This document shows positions 31,501 through 39,386 of a stretch of DNA of 64,000 nucleotides, one piece after another. Positions within the stretch are counted from its first letter, which is position 1. Each line of letters begins with the position of its first letter. The notes under the pieces were generated by a model. The model saw only the letters and a list, made by a program, of their open reading frames with translations. It was not told the origin of the DNA and made no database searches. The stretch is taken from positions 5,560 through 69,559 of the forward strand of contig JBBDUV010000080.1 of the NCBI GenBank assembly GCA_040903745.1, in the 5' to 3' direction. The position numbers and the translations under genes were made by a program. The DNA is from Bacteroidales bacterium (lineage in GTDB: Bacteria > Bacteroidota > Bacteroidia > Bacteroidales > GCA-2748055).

Positions 31501-33139
31501 TGGTTTCATCTGCATGAACAACCCGAACAAAGGAAACGGTAATGTTATCGGTATTCTTACCGGCTTCCAGAACAAAATCAAAATTTTGGTCTAAACTGTT
31601 TGCTATTATTTTCGATATAAAAAATGTAGCCGTTTTCAGGGAGTTATCGCCAAGCAAAGTTAGTGGTTTACTAATTTGTTCCTGCCCGTTGTTATAAACC
31701 AGGTTTAACTCTCCCGGATGATTATCGATGTAAGAAATTTTAATGGCAATCGAATCCTTTAATCCAGCCCACCTGTCATCAATATCAAACCCAATTTTTT
31801 TGCCCTGCCTGGCCACATAATCGTAATATTTCCCGGACTGTACCATCCACATTTGAATGGCATGGTCGATTCTCACAGCTGGTTCAGTTAAGTAACCCGG
31901 TGCATCGCGCTGATACAACCATCGTTCGAAATTTTTTACCGGACTCCCTCCATTTTCTTTGATGTAACTTTCTCTTAAAAAACACCAGGCATCGGGTGCA
32001 TCTTCAATTGTCCGGCCCATTTCCAAACTTACCCATGAAAGCATTTCCGGTAAAAGCGCAAACTCATTATTCAGTAAATAATTAACACGCATTTGCAGGA
32101 GCCTCAGATTTGCAGTAAAGTAGCGATATGGGAACGATTCCAAAGCACCAAAACGGGAGATGGATCCACCGTCAGCCCATTTTTCCTCATATTCTTCATT
32201 TTCCTCTCCCTGAAAAACATTTTTGGCAATCACCGGACTTGTTTCATCCACATACAAAAAATTATTGTTGTCCAGCTTTTGACCAATATGTTCATCCGGA
32301 ATGTGGTACAAATACATTTCCACGAATCCGCGTCGAATACCAAATCCTTTGCTAAATCCATAGTTGGATAAGCCACCCATGTACACCTTATATTCAACTC
32401 CTTTACAAGCTTCTGCCCAGGCGTCAATGCGTTCAATCACATGTTGAACGGTATCGTTTGCCTCCGGATTGCCTTCACCATACGGACCTATGCCTTCGTC
32501 TCCGTTTGAAGGAGAGGCATACCCCAAAAACAGACCTTTTACTTCTTCCATGTGTGTAATACCACTTTCACCCAGTGCCTTAATAAATTTGAGGTATCTT
32601 TTGTGAAATTCAGGATGGCTCACTTCGTAATTTGTTTTTTTGGGATTTTCTTTTTTTTCTTCCCGAATCGGAATATTGTATTGTTTTATCCAGTCGGGTG
32701 CAAAATCAATTGCAGAAAAATGAATACGAACAATGGAACCATAGCCTTTTTGACTTGCCTTTTTTATGTTATCAATTAAAGGTTGAAAGTTAATGTTTCC
32801 TTCCGTGGGTTCTAATTCCCGCCATTTTACCCAATGTGAAATAACCGGATTAGCAGGAAAATTAACTTCTGGCAACTGGTTAATTTTATTTGATTCCAAA
32901 CTAAAGTTACGGATAATGCAAAGTTTTGAGACTGGGGAGGGTTCTACAAAACCTGGCAAAGACCAGTCCCAACCATTTATTACTGTGTCTTTTGATATCC
33001 AGGCTGCCTTTTTGATTTCTGATACAGGAGTTTTTTGATATTCACCCCAGTAAGGATAATTTCCAACTCCGATTTCCTGACCAGATACTATAATAAAAAT
33101 CAGACCAGTAAACAGATATAGCAATAGATAGTGTTTCAC
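28559..33139 (-). CDS. 1526-aa fusion protein: module A (about nt 33139-31505) + module B (about nt 31393-29300) + Ig-like and lectin/CBM-like C-terminal domains (about nt 29299-28562)
   Basis: Signal peptide. The A part carries HWVKWRELEPTEGNINF and GYASPSNGDEGIGPYGEG. The B part carries EQAYALRTTTNPDLSYWVFGGDNNGAMYGALQVAE, RGIKFNIPLD, WDMSFWQDYFDEMARYRFNVLSLWNPHPFTSM and GVTAGENL. The tail is an Ig-like domain plus a beta-sandwich of about 140 aa. Confidence 0.7.
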   Translation of the reverse strand: MKHYLLLYLFTGLIFIIVSGQEIGVGNYPYWGEYQKTPVSEIKKAAWISKDTVINGWDWSLPGFVEPSPVSKLCIIRNFSLESNKINQLPEVNFPANPVISHWVKWRELEPTEGNINFQPLIDNIKKASQKGYGSIVRIHFSAIDFAPDWIKQYNIPIREEKKENPKKTNYEVSHPEFHKRYLKFIKALGESGITHMEEVKGLFLGYASPSNGDEGIGPYGEGNPEANDTVQHVIERIDAWAEACKGVEYKVYMGGLSNYGFSKGFGIRRGFVEMYLYHIPDEHIGQKLDNNNFLYVDETSPVIAKNVFQGEENEEYEEKWADGGSISRFGALESFPYRYFTANLRLLQMRVNYLLNNEFALLPEMLSWVSLEMGRTIEDAPDAWCFLRESYIKENGGSPVKNFERWLYQRDAPGYLTEPAVRIDHAIQMWMVQSGKYYDYVARQGKKIGFDIDDRWAGLKDSIAIKISYIDNHPGELNLVYNNGQEQISKPLTLLGDNSLKTATFFISKIIANSLDQNFDFVLEAGKNTDNITVSFVRVVHADETTGQLGAVRKVIPENAKGEFYPFYRGLDASGTQTFPKTVNIYYNKSIPQIDFAAKDIKAALEQRNFIVEIKNITSYHADFKGKKVIIALSNDKAITELLKDEGGCGFNDLEEQAYALRTTTNPDLSYWVFGGDNNGAMYGALQVAEKINASGFQGNYNESNAPFVKKRGIKFNIPLDKIAPTYEYSNGGTSHQNAIEHVWDMSFWQDYFDEMARYRFNVLSLWNPHPFTSMLNMEDEYPGIAIQDVQGYDGFSKIMTIDEKVKFWQEFMAYGKSRGFEIHFCTWNIFLWNAAGKYGLTDDYDADQTATKAYLKKCMVKFLETYPDLDGFGVTAGENLKYDNNADKTDWTWAAYGEGFKEHALANPGRELIFFHRQHQGDVTDIIEKFSPLYRLDNVTLDVSYKYAKAHVHSTASPDHWSNQFLEQIEEKGVKTWLELRNDDFYFLHWGDHQFVRDFVNAMPEDKLLAGTFFGSDGWVFTRVFTSKNPYFKNNNALEVQKHWYLNKLWGRLQYDPNTPVSALKADIKHKYPEVPEDVLFEAWTSSSRAMQIANEQVGGSGAPAQSNISRYLDFQWWPEFYTRYNGFITLEKTQYAGPMPGSNLCSIYETAENNCGGKVSAFVAADSIESKAKRALWLLESIHGEDTELLLLKDELKAMSNLSLYNAYKNRAAIYLKQGKNSKSLEAIGTAYCYWEKYTTIMDSLYYPVDTQRNWDFADSDWHDMDDEALKDYTSFGRNRKPNCSCQYPWIDFISPFDNSTHLNSTNLKVELVVESGNRSVEKVELFRNGALIGSDSDFPYSFILKKPTPGEYTLEAVVYDNLGNTDASSINVNVFNAQSYNSVPWIENFQLERRTTNDNGVTSWSSERVNGRFYVVDGKLTLNDNGTEGVMKTGKIDISGGVVDISMEVESSGDLEEDDYARFYKIVDGGREELIGEIKGPVTNTNILTGEAKGKTLQLVIRSDVNASTRYYHFDNLRVYFK

Positions 33140-33317
33140 AATAAACTGAATTTATTATTTGTCAATACATTTTACGAAAACAACTCCGTTTGTGGATTTA
33201 TAGATAAATCCATTACTGCGTTTTATTATTTATCTAAAAAATTTCAAACTCATTTTTCTGGCCTTTATTTAGTGTCATGTCACGCCTGCTCTATATTTTT
33301 CTATAAAAGTATTCATA

Positions 33318-36005
33318 TCATGCTTTGACCGATCGCACATGGAAATAGGGCTGATTAGCCAGGGTTTGATCGAAACCGGGAAATATCACTCCGGAATTGC
33401 CGCCTTTGTTGAGGCCAAAATAATACTGAAGAGGAAAGACCGTATCAGTATAACTGCCCGGAATAGTGGCCGTGAACTGGTTCCCCGATTTAGTCATGTT
33501 TACAGATTCCCATTCTTCGGCCTGATTTATATGACGGTAATAGAGTTTCGCGCTGACCGTTAATCTGTCGGTATTAATGGAAAGCTGCAGTTGGGAACCT
33601 TTTTTGAAAATTGAAGGTTGCGTATGAGAGGCCCCTGCCGCCAATCGCACCTGCTTTGCCTTGACCCTGGCTATAGCCGCGGCCGCTGATCCGAGGTGAG
33701 TAGTAAAGTTATTCACCGAGTTATAATTAGTATTCTTAAAATCGTTGATTTCCCTTTGTATACCGTCCACCTGACCACTCCAGTGACCAGCCATGAAACC
33801 GTAATCCAGGAATTTATACACATTGCCAACTTCGACGCAGTACTTCTTCCAAAAATCGAGGGCCGTTTCATAGTATTTAATTCCTTCGGTCTTCGCATTG
33901 GAATCGTTGGTTTTGCGATATATATAATAGAGAACTCCGCCCCGCCATTTGTTGGCGAAAAACAAGCCAAGGCCGGCCTGAATTTTAATATCTATATCAT
34001 ATTGTCGAAACTCAGGATCCTGAATATCAGTAGCCTTTGATGTTGCATCGGCAAGTTTGGCAAGAGCAGTGTTGCTGTAGTTTTCCAGGTGATCAGCAAA
34101 TTCCAGGGGAGTATATTTATGTAATTCGCCATCTTTCCCGCTTAAGAGCGCCTCAGTATATTCCTCAATATTTGCCCACATTTGGGGATCGAAAGTTTCT
34201 CTGTTTGCCTTGCTGGTAGCACTTGAATCATGATTTCCGACAATATCGCGGTTCCTGTATACTTCAGGCCAGTATGCACAAAAACAACCATTTGCTCCAT
34301 GGTTGGTTGTTACCAGCATCAGAACGCGGCTGGCATTTGCAAGGGCCTCTTCGATATCCGGGGCCGCCGCTCCAAAATTTTTACTGAGTAAACGGCGTCC
34401 GGCTTCAGGGCTGGTATCAGGGTTATAAAGATGCCTGCCCCATATGCGGTAAGTGTAGAGAAACTTGTGGTAATCGTAACCTTTAGGCTCCAGGCTGCTG
34501 TCAGTATAACAGTTTCGCTCATCAGTAGTTCCCGACGGGCCACGACCATGGAAACAAAGTGGTTCATACCATTCCATTCCCTGGCTGCCGCACCAGTATG
34601 CGGCTCTTCCATAACCGGCTGCAAACACCGGATCGCCCCATAAAAGATGCCGCTGAGTACCCGGCCACATACGATGGACCACTCCGTATTTTCTGTCTTC
34701 CTGCATAAAATTTGTAATTCCGTAACGGGAATCTGAACCGCCCAGCTTAGTTACTGGATCATGAACGCCATCCCTCCGCTCATATTCTCTAATAGACGCG
34801 TGGTGGTAGGGTAGACCAGAGTGTTCGCCCACTTTTTTTGGGGTGACAACGGCATTCGACTTTGCGTCGAGCGCAGCCTGAAGATATTCATCCTTGACCC
34901 GTTTTCCGTGCATATCAATTTCAAGCGGGCGGCCGGAATTTATAATGGGAGTGGCCCCTTTGAATACCGTGGACCAGAAAGCACTATCATCAACACCGCT
35001 TTCGCCATGTACCCGAAAGGTGAGACCGGTTATGTTGGGGCATGCCTCCAGAATGGCCGTAAGCGCATCGCGACAGTACTCGGCATGAGTCGTGCCACCG
35101 TTTGGTCCTGAAAGGCCCTGAATATTGTATTTCTCTCCGGTATAGTCATACTTATGGCTCCACAAACCAAGTTGAAAATCAAGCCCCCGTCTGGCGCATT
35201 CATCAGAAATGTACTTCAGCATGTCCAGATTTTTTTGGCGCTCGGCATCGGAAAGGTCTGAAACTGTTACCCCTTGCACCGAAACAAAAAATGGATATAC
35301 GAAAGAAAAATAAGGATCGGGTAAATCGAAACCCTGGCCCACTTTAAAATTGTATGCCTGGCCGGAACTCCAGGCGAACCGATTAAACCTCTCAGTGGCT
35401 ACCATAGTAAGGTATTCATCCCAGTATTCTTTGTCATAAAAATGCGGTTTGTCTTCTACCTCACTCACAAAAGGTTTATTAACTGTTCGGGTTTGGGTTA
35501 ACGTCTGCTCAATTATAGGTGCAGGGATGGTAAAAGCCAAACCAATTGTATCGTGATAAAGTACCCGGTCAGTGAGCTCCAGAATGGCGTAGACCATACC
35601 CCGGGCGTCGCTGCCAGAAACCAAGACCACGGGCCTTCCCGCGAGGCTCCCCGTCATCAGGGTAATTGCCTCAGGAGTATTTGGAACATTGGCACCTATC
35701 TGACTGGTAAGCGAGGCCGAACCGGAACTGGCTACCAATACAATATCATTGACAGGGGCTTGCGAAATGCCGGAAAATGTCTTAACCGTCATCCCTTGCC
35801 CTTCCAGGGCTTCCCGGAGTTGGGTGAGAGCCCATTGGGGTGGCACGGAACCCGCTATGTTGTCTGCAGGATCCACAATAATTGAAACTCCCCCGGATCC
35901 TTGCGCGAAGACAGAGTGGCCAAATTTTGTAAAGGCAGTCAGAACTGCCGCCGCGACAGTCGATTTCTTTAGAAAATTACGACGATTGATAAGATATTGT
36001 TTCAT
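33318..36005 (-). CDS. TAT-exported protein distantly related to module B, function unknown
   Basis: I choose the start at the internal Met, giving the twin-arginine signal MKQYLINRRNFLKKSTVAAAVLTAF...AQ. The N-domain (...RPVVLVSGSDARGMVYAILELTD) has the GH20b/GH67N-like pattern. YWDEYLTMVATERFNRFAW parallels B-module YWTSWFDEMARNRYNLLSLW. GC is visibly higher than in the flanks. Confidence 0.55.
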   Translation of the reverse strand: MKQYLINRRNFLKKSTVAAAVLTAFTKFGHSVFAQGSGGVSIIVDPADNIAGSVPPQWALTQLREALEGQGMTVKTFSGISQAPVNDIVLVASSGSASLTSQIGANVPNTPEAITLMTGSLAGRPVVLVSGSDARGMVYAILELTDRVLYHDTIGLAFTIPAPIIEQTLTQTRTVNKPFVSEVEDKPHFYDKEYWDEYLTMVATERFNRFAWSSGQAYNFKVGQGFDLPDPYFSFVYPFFVSVQGVTVSDLSDAERQKNLDMLKYISDECARRGLDFQLGLWSHKYDYTGEKYNIQGLSGPNGGTTHAEYCRDALTAILEACPNITGLTFRVHGESGVDDSAFWSTVFKGATPIINSGRPLEIDMHGKRVKDEYLQAALDAKSNAVVTPKKVGEHSGLPYHHASIREYERRDGVHDPVTKLGGSDSRYGITNFMQEDRKYGVVHRMWPGTQRHLLWGDPVFAAGYGRAAYWCGSQGMEWYEPLCFHGRGPSGTTDERNCYTDSSLEPKGYDYHKFLYTYRIWGRHLYNPDTSPEAGRRLLSKNFGAAAPDIEEALANASRVLMLVTTNHGANGCFCAYWPEVYRNRDIVGNHDSSATSKANRETFDPQMWANIEEYTEALLSGKDGELHKYTPLEFADHLENYSNTALAKLADATSKATDIQDPEFRQYDIDIKIQAGLGLFFANKWRGGVLYYIYRKTNDSNAKTEGIKYYETALDFWKKYCVEVGNVYKFLDYGFMAGHWSGQVDGIQREINDFKNTNYNSVNNFTTHLGSAAAAIARVKAKQVRLAAGASHTQPSIFKKGSQLQLSINTDRLTVSAKLYYRHINQAEEWESVNMTKSGNQFTATIPGSYTDTVFPLQYYFGLNKGGNSGVIFPGFDQTLANQPYFHVRSVKA

Positions 36006-36114
36006 TGGCGTTTTTCTTATTTTTTTAATTATAAAAACCAACCATGTTTAAGCAGCGATAGACTATTTAATGTATAGAATTTTAACGCATTAGCACTAAG
36101 AGACTGTTTTGAAT

Positions 36115-37542
36115 TTATCCATTTATTGAATACTTCAGAAATGTAACCCCATTCGAATTTATATCAAAATTCAGCTTATCAACTTTTTCATTATTCCAAA
36201 TATTTTCCAGGTCATAAGATACTCCGTCTTCTAAACCAAGGTCTTTTTGATCCAGAGAAATTGTGGTTGCATCCCCGGTTCGGTTAAAAATTCCAATCCA
36301 GCCACCATCGCTGTTTTTCATTGGGGTATTCCAAATTTCAATACCGTTTGCTTCATACACCAAATGTCCCATTACACCATTCTGGTTGCATTCCAAAACA
36401 TCTTTATCGGTGATTAATTTTAACGAAAAATCATCGAGTGTTGGCAAATCACCACCCATCATCAAAGGTGAGGCAGCCAGAGCACGAAGCGTAATAAAGG
36501 TATGCATCTGGTCTTTGGTGAATTCACTCCGACGATGAAAACCTTTTCCTGAAAGGAGTTCAAAATTTTTTAGTTCTCCGGCTTTCATTTTTTTTATAAG
36601 TTCTGCCTTTGACTCGTCGCCCCGCACTCCTTCCGGTTTGGGTGACATTAATTGCAGTTGTCCGAAAGGAATCATATCCATATCAATCCAGAATCCGGGT
36701 TCTTCTTTGCCCTGCCATTTGCGCCAGGCTTTAAATGCTTGATTAAGCCCTTTTTGTTCGTCCCAGATATCAGATGTAACCCGCAGCATGTGCGCTCTTT
36801 TGAAAGCTTCAATGTGATTGGGATTTGTGCTGCCTCCGGGGCTAAGACTATAAACCATGGGGCGGCCACACTGTTCAATGGCATTTGCAATACCTTTAAT
36901 TTCCTCGGGGAAGGGAACTAAATCGTCATATTTAACAAAATCCACTCCCCAATCGGCCATCTGATTGATCAGGCTGTTATAAAATTCCTGGGCACCGGGT
37001 TTGCTCATGTCAACCCCGTAATTTTGATGATTCCAGTTGCAAATACTGGTTGTGTCGGTTATATCTCTTGCTGTATATTCGGTGCCTTTTATCGGTAAAT
37101 CCAAATGGTAAACTTCACGCGGTATCCCCCGCATTAAATGCAGTCCAAACTTAAAACCTAATTCGTGGCAACGATCTATAATAGGTTGCAGCCCGTTTGG
37201 AAAATAGGTTTCTGAAGGCTGAAGCAGACCGTATTCATTAAAATTCATTTTTTGGGCATGTTTCTCGGCCGGGTAAATCGTGCCGGGCTGAAGTTCGAAT
37301 TCACCAAACCATCCGGCATCAATTACAAAGTATTCATACCCGTGAGGTTTCAGTTTTTCTGCAAAGGCTTCCACGTTGGCCAGGGCTGCCTCTTCATGCA
37401 GGTAAACACCATAGCTGTCGAAGCTGTTCCAGCCCATGGGTGGCGTTTGTGCAAGACTTTCTGCTTTTTCTTCTTGCTTCTGATTGCTGCAGGCATATAT
37501 AGCAAGTAATAATAGGCCAATTGAAATTAATTTAATTTTCAT
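36115..37542 (-). CDS. GH27-like (clan GH-D) alpha-galactosidase-like hydrolase, lipoprotein
   Basis: 475 aa. Signal ends YAC. Contains PPMGWNSFDSYG, FVIDAGWF, WGVDFVKYDD and MRGIPRE. Confidence 0.75.
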   Translation of the reverse strand: MKIKLISIGLLLLAIYACSNQKQEEKAESLAQTPPMGWNSFDSYGVYLHEEAALANVEAFAEKLKPHGYEYFVIDAGWFGEFELQPGTIYPAEKHAQKMNFNEYGLLQPSETYFPNGLQPIIDRCHELGFKFGLHLMRGIPREVYHLDLPIKGTEYTARDITDTTSICNWNHQNYGVDMSKPGAQEFYNSLINQMADWGVDFVKYDDLVPFPEEIKGIANAIEQCGRPMVYSLSPGGSTNPNHIEAFKRAHMLRVTSDIWDEQKGLNQAFKAWRKWQGKEEPGFWIDMDMIPFGQLQLMSPKPEGVRGDESKAELIKKMKAGELKNFELLSGKGFHRRSEFTKDQMHTFITLRALAASPLMMGGDLPTLDDFSLKLITDKDVLECNQNGVMGHLVYEANGIEIWNTPMKNSDGGWIGIFNRTGDATTISLDQKDLGLEDGVSYDLENIWNNEKVDKLNFDINSNGVTFLKYSING

Positions 37543-37550
37543 GTCGTATC

Positions 37551-38966
37551 TTATTTAACATTGTATAGTGGAAAATACTCACTCTCAGTACGTTCTGATA
37601 TAAGTAGTTTTGTCATTTCATTCAAAACATCAGGATGCTGGTCTGAAACATCATATTGCTCTGAGGGATCGTTTTCAAGATCATACAATTCTAATCGGGT
37701 TTTTGATGGATGCAAAACATCCAGCTTCACCAATTTCCAATTATCTTTTCTTACGGCCTGTTTACCCCCCTGTTCGGTAAACTCCCAGTATAAATTAGCA
37801 TGTTTGGCTTGCTCTTTTCCCAGCAATTCGGGCAAAAATGAGATGCCGTCAATGTTTTCGGGAACTTCAACTCCTGCCAAGTCGCAAGCTGTTGGCAGAA
37901 AATCCCAGAAAGCAGAAATATGGTCGCTTGTTTGGCCCGGCTCAATTGTTTCCGGCCAGTAGGCGATCATTGGAACTCTTATGCCGCCTTCGTACAGGTC
38001 ACGTTTCTGTCCTCTCAAACCGCCACTGCTATAAAAAAACGTGGGATCGTTTTCACCTTCGCTGTGTGGTCCATTATCGCTTGCGAAAATAATTAGGGTG
38101 TTTTTATCAATACCCAGTTCTTCCAGTTTCGTATTAATTTTGCCAATATCGCTGTCCATTCGTGTTATCATGGCTGCCAGACCTATTTGAGCTTCCGGCC
38201 AGTCTTTATCTGCATATTGCCCGTAATCAGGCACCTCCATGCCATGTTCATCTACCAACCAGTGCTCATTATTAGCATGAGGAATGGTGTAGGCCAGATA
38301 AAGAAAAAAAGCAGAATCGGCAGAATTTTCAACAAAATTTAACGCATCTGTAGTGAATAAATCATGCGAATACTCTTTTTTATTTGTCGATGCACTTCCT
38401 CTTCCTTTGGCATAGCCTTTATCGGCTATTACGATCTCATTTTCGAGAGGTACTTTTTCGTTATTTCTCCATAAATAATCGGGGTAAAAATTATGTGCCC
38501 TGATTTGATTAAGGTATCCAAAAAAAAAGTCAAACCCCTTTTTATTCGGTATTCCGGGTGTGCCAAAATCACCTAACCCCCATTTCCCGATTATTCCTGT
38601 TCTATATCCGGCGCTTTTCAACAGTTCAGCAACAGTAATATCGGTTTCATCAAACGGAACATCTGCATTACCCCGTACTTTAGTATGTCCGGTATGCAAA
38701 CCGGTCATTAACACGCTACGCGATGGAGCACAAACCGTACTTCCGGAATAATGCTGAGTAAACCTGATTCCCTCTTCAGCCATTTTATCCAGATTAGGAG
38801 TCTGAATTTCAGTTTGCCCATAAGCACCAATATCTCCATAGCCTAAATCGTCGGCTAAAATATAAATGATGTTGGGCTTTTTTAGCTCATCTTTGTTTTC
38901 TTTCTTCGTTTCCGCACATGCTCCAAACAAGAAAAGTGCTGATAGTATCCAAAATACTTTTTTCAT
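37551..38966 (-). CDS. S1 sulfatase, duplicate copy A (lipoprotein)
   Basis: 471 aa. Contains NIIYILADDLGYGDIGAYG...GSTVCAPSRSVLMTGLHTGH. The first 64 residues are identical to 45632..47056. Confidence 0.9.
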   Translation of the reverse strand: MKKVFWILSALFLFGACAETKKENKDELKKPNIIYILADDLGYGDIGAYGQTEIQTPNLDKMAEEGIRFTQHYSGSTVCAPSRSVLMTGLHTGHTKVRGNADVPFDETDITVAELLKSAGYRTGIIGKWGLGDFGTPGIPNKKGFDFFFGYLNQIRAHNFYPDYLWRNNEKVPLENEIVIADKGYAKGRGSASTNKKEYSHDLFTTDALNFVENSADSAFFLYLAYTIPHANNEHWLVDEHGMEVPDYGQYADKDWPEAQIGLAAMITRMDSDIGKINTKLEELGIDKNTLIIFASDNGPHSEGENDPTFFYSSGGLRGQKRDLYEGGIRVPMIAYWPETIEPGQTSDHISAFWDFLPTACDLAGVEVPENIDGISFLPELLGKEQAKHANLYWEFTEQGGKQAVRKDNWKLVKLDVLHPSKTRLELYDLENDPSEQYDVSDQHPDVLNEMTKLLISERTESEYFPLYNVK

Positions 38967-39348
38967 AGATTTTAATTAAATTGGTGTACAAGTAAATTAT
39001 TTGTGTGAGTCAAATTAATTGTCCTCACATTCTGTTTTCTCTTATATTTTATGCTTCATTTGTTATTCGTGAAATAGTTGTCATAATAATATTCCTTCCT
39101 TATATCATTTATAGGGTAAGCAATTTGTCCTATTTTGTCCTATTCAAACAATAAACCAAAGTTAACCTTTACAATAAATTTGGTGGGGTAAATTTTGGCC
39201 AGAATGGATAATGAAATAGTCCCTTAGCACATTGGACATAATTATAGCCGGTGAGACGTTCGCCAATTTGGGCATACTTCAGGTAACGGGTGCCATCGTA
39301 TTGCAAACGGCCTTTTACCCGGTTGTCGCGACCTGTTTTGTCGGTATC
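38730..39348. repeat. Near-identical duplicated block, copy A (sulfatase 5' end + upstream region + gene remnant)
   Basis: Aligned by eye to 46820-47429. The last ~190 nt of the coding 5' end are identical. The upstream ~380 bp differs by a handful of substitutions, one 10-bp tandem indel (ttgtcctatt) and a 1-nt homopolymer change. Confidence 0.85.
39004..39029. promoter_or_regulatory. Inverted repeat TGTGAG-N14-CTCACA upstream of sulfatase copy A (conserved at 47094-47119)
   Basis: Lies 38-63 bp upstream of the ATG in both copies. The arms are conserved while the spacer carries 2 substitutions. Confidence 0.25.
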
Positions 39349-39386
39349 TGAAAATCCTGCTTATAATTGTCTTCTTAATTTTAATT

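Noticed and set aside
33194-33211. The hairpin ggatttat-ag-ataaatcc between the 907-aa gene and the 1526-aa gene, considered as a terminator
   Set aside because: The stem is entirely AT-rich, the loop is only 2 nt, and there is no following U-tract on the minus strand. That is too weak to call a rho-independent terminator.
39004-39029. A possible CRP/FNR-type site because of the TGTGA...TCACA arms
   Set aside because: The canonical CRP consensus has a 6-bp spacer. Here the TGTGA/TCACA cores are 16 bp apart, so it is not a CRP-type site. It is kept only as a generic inverted repeat.
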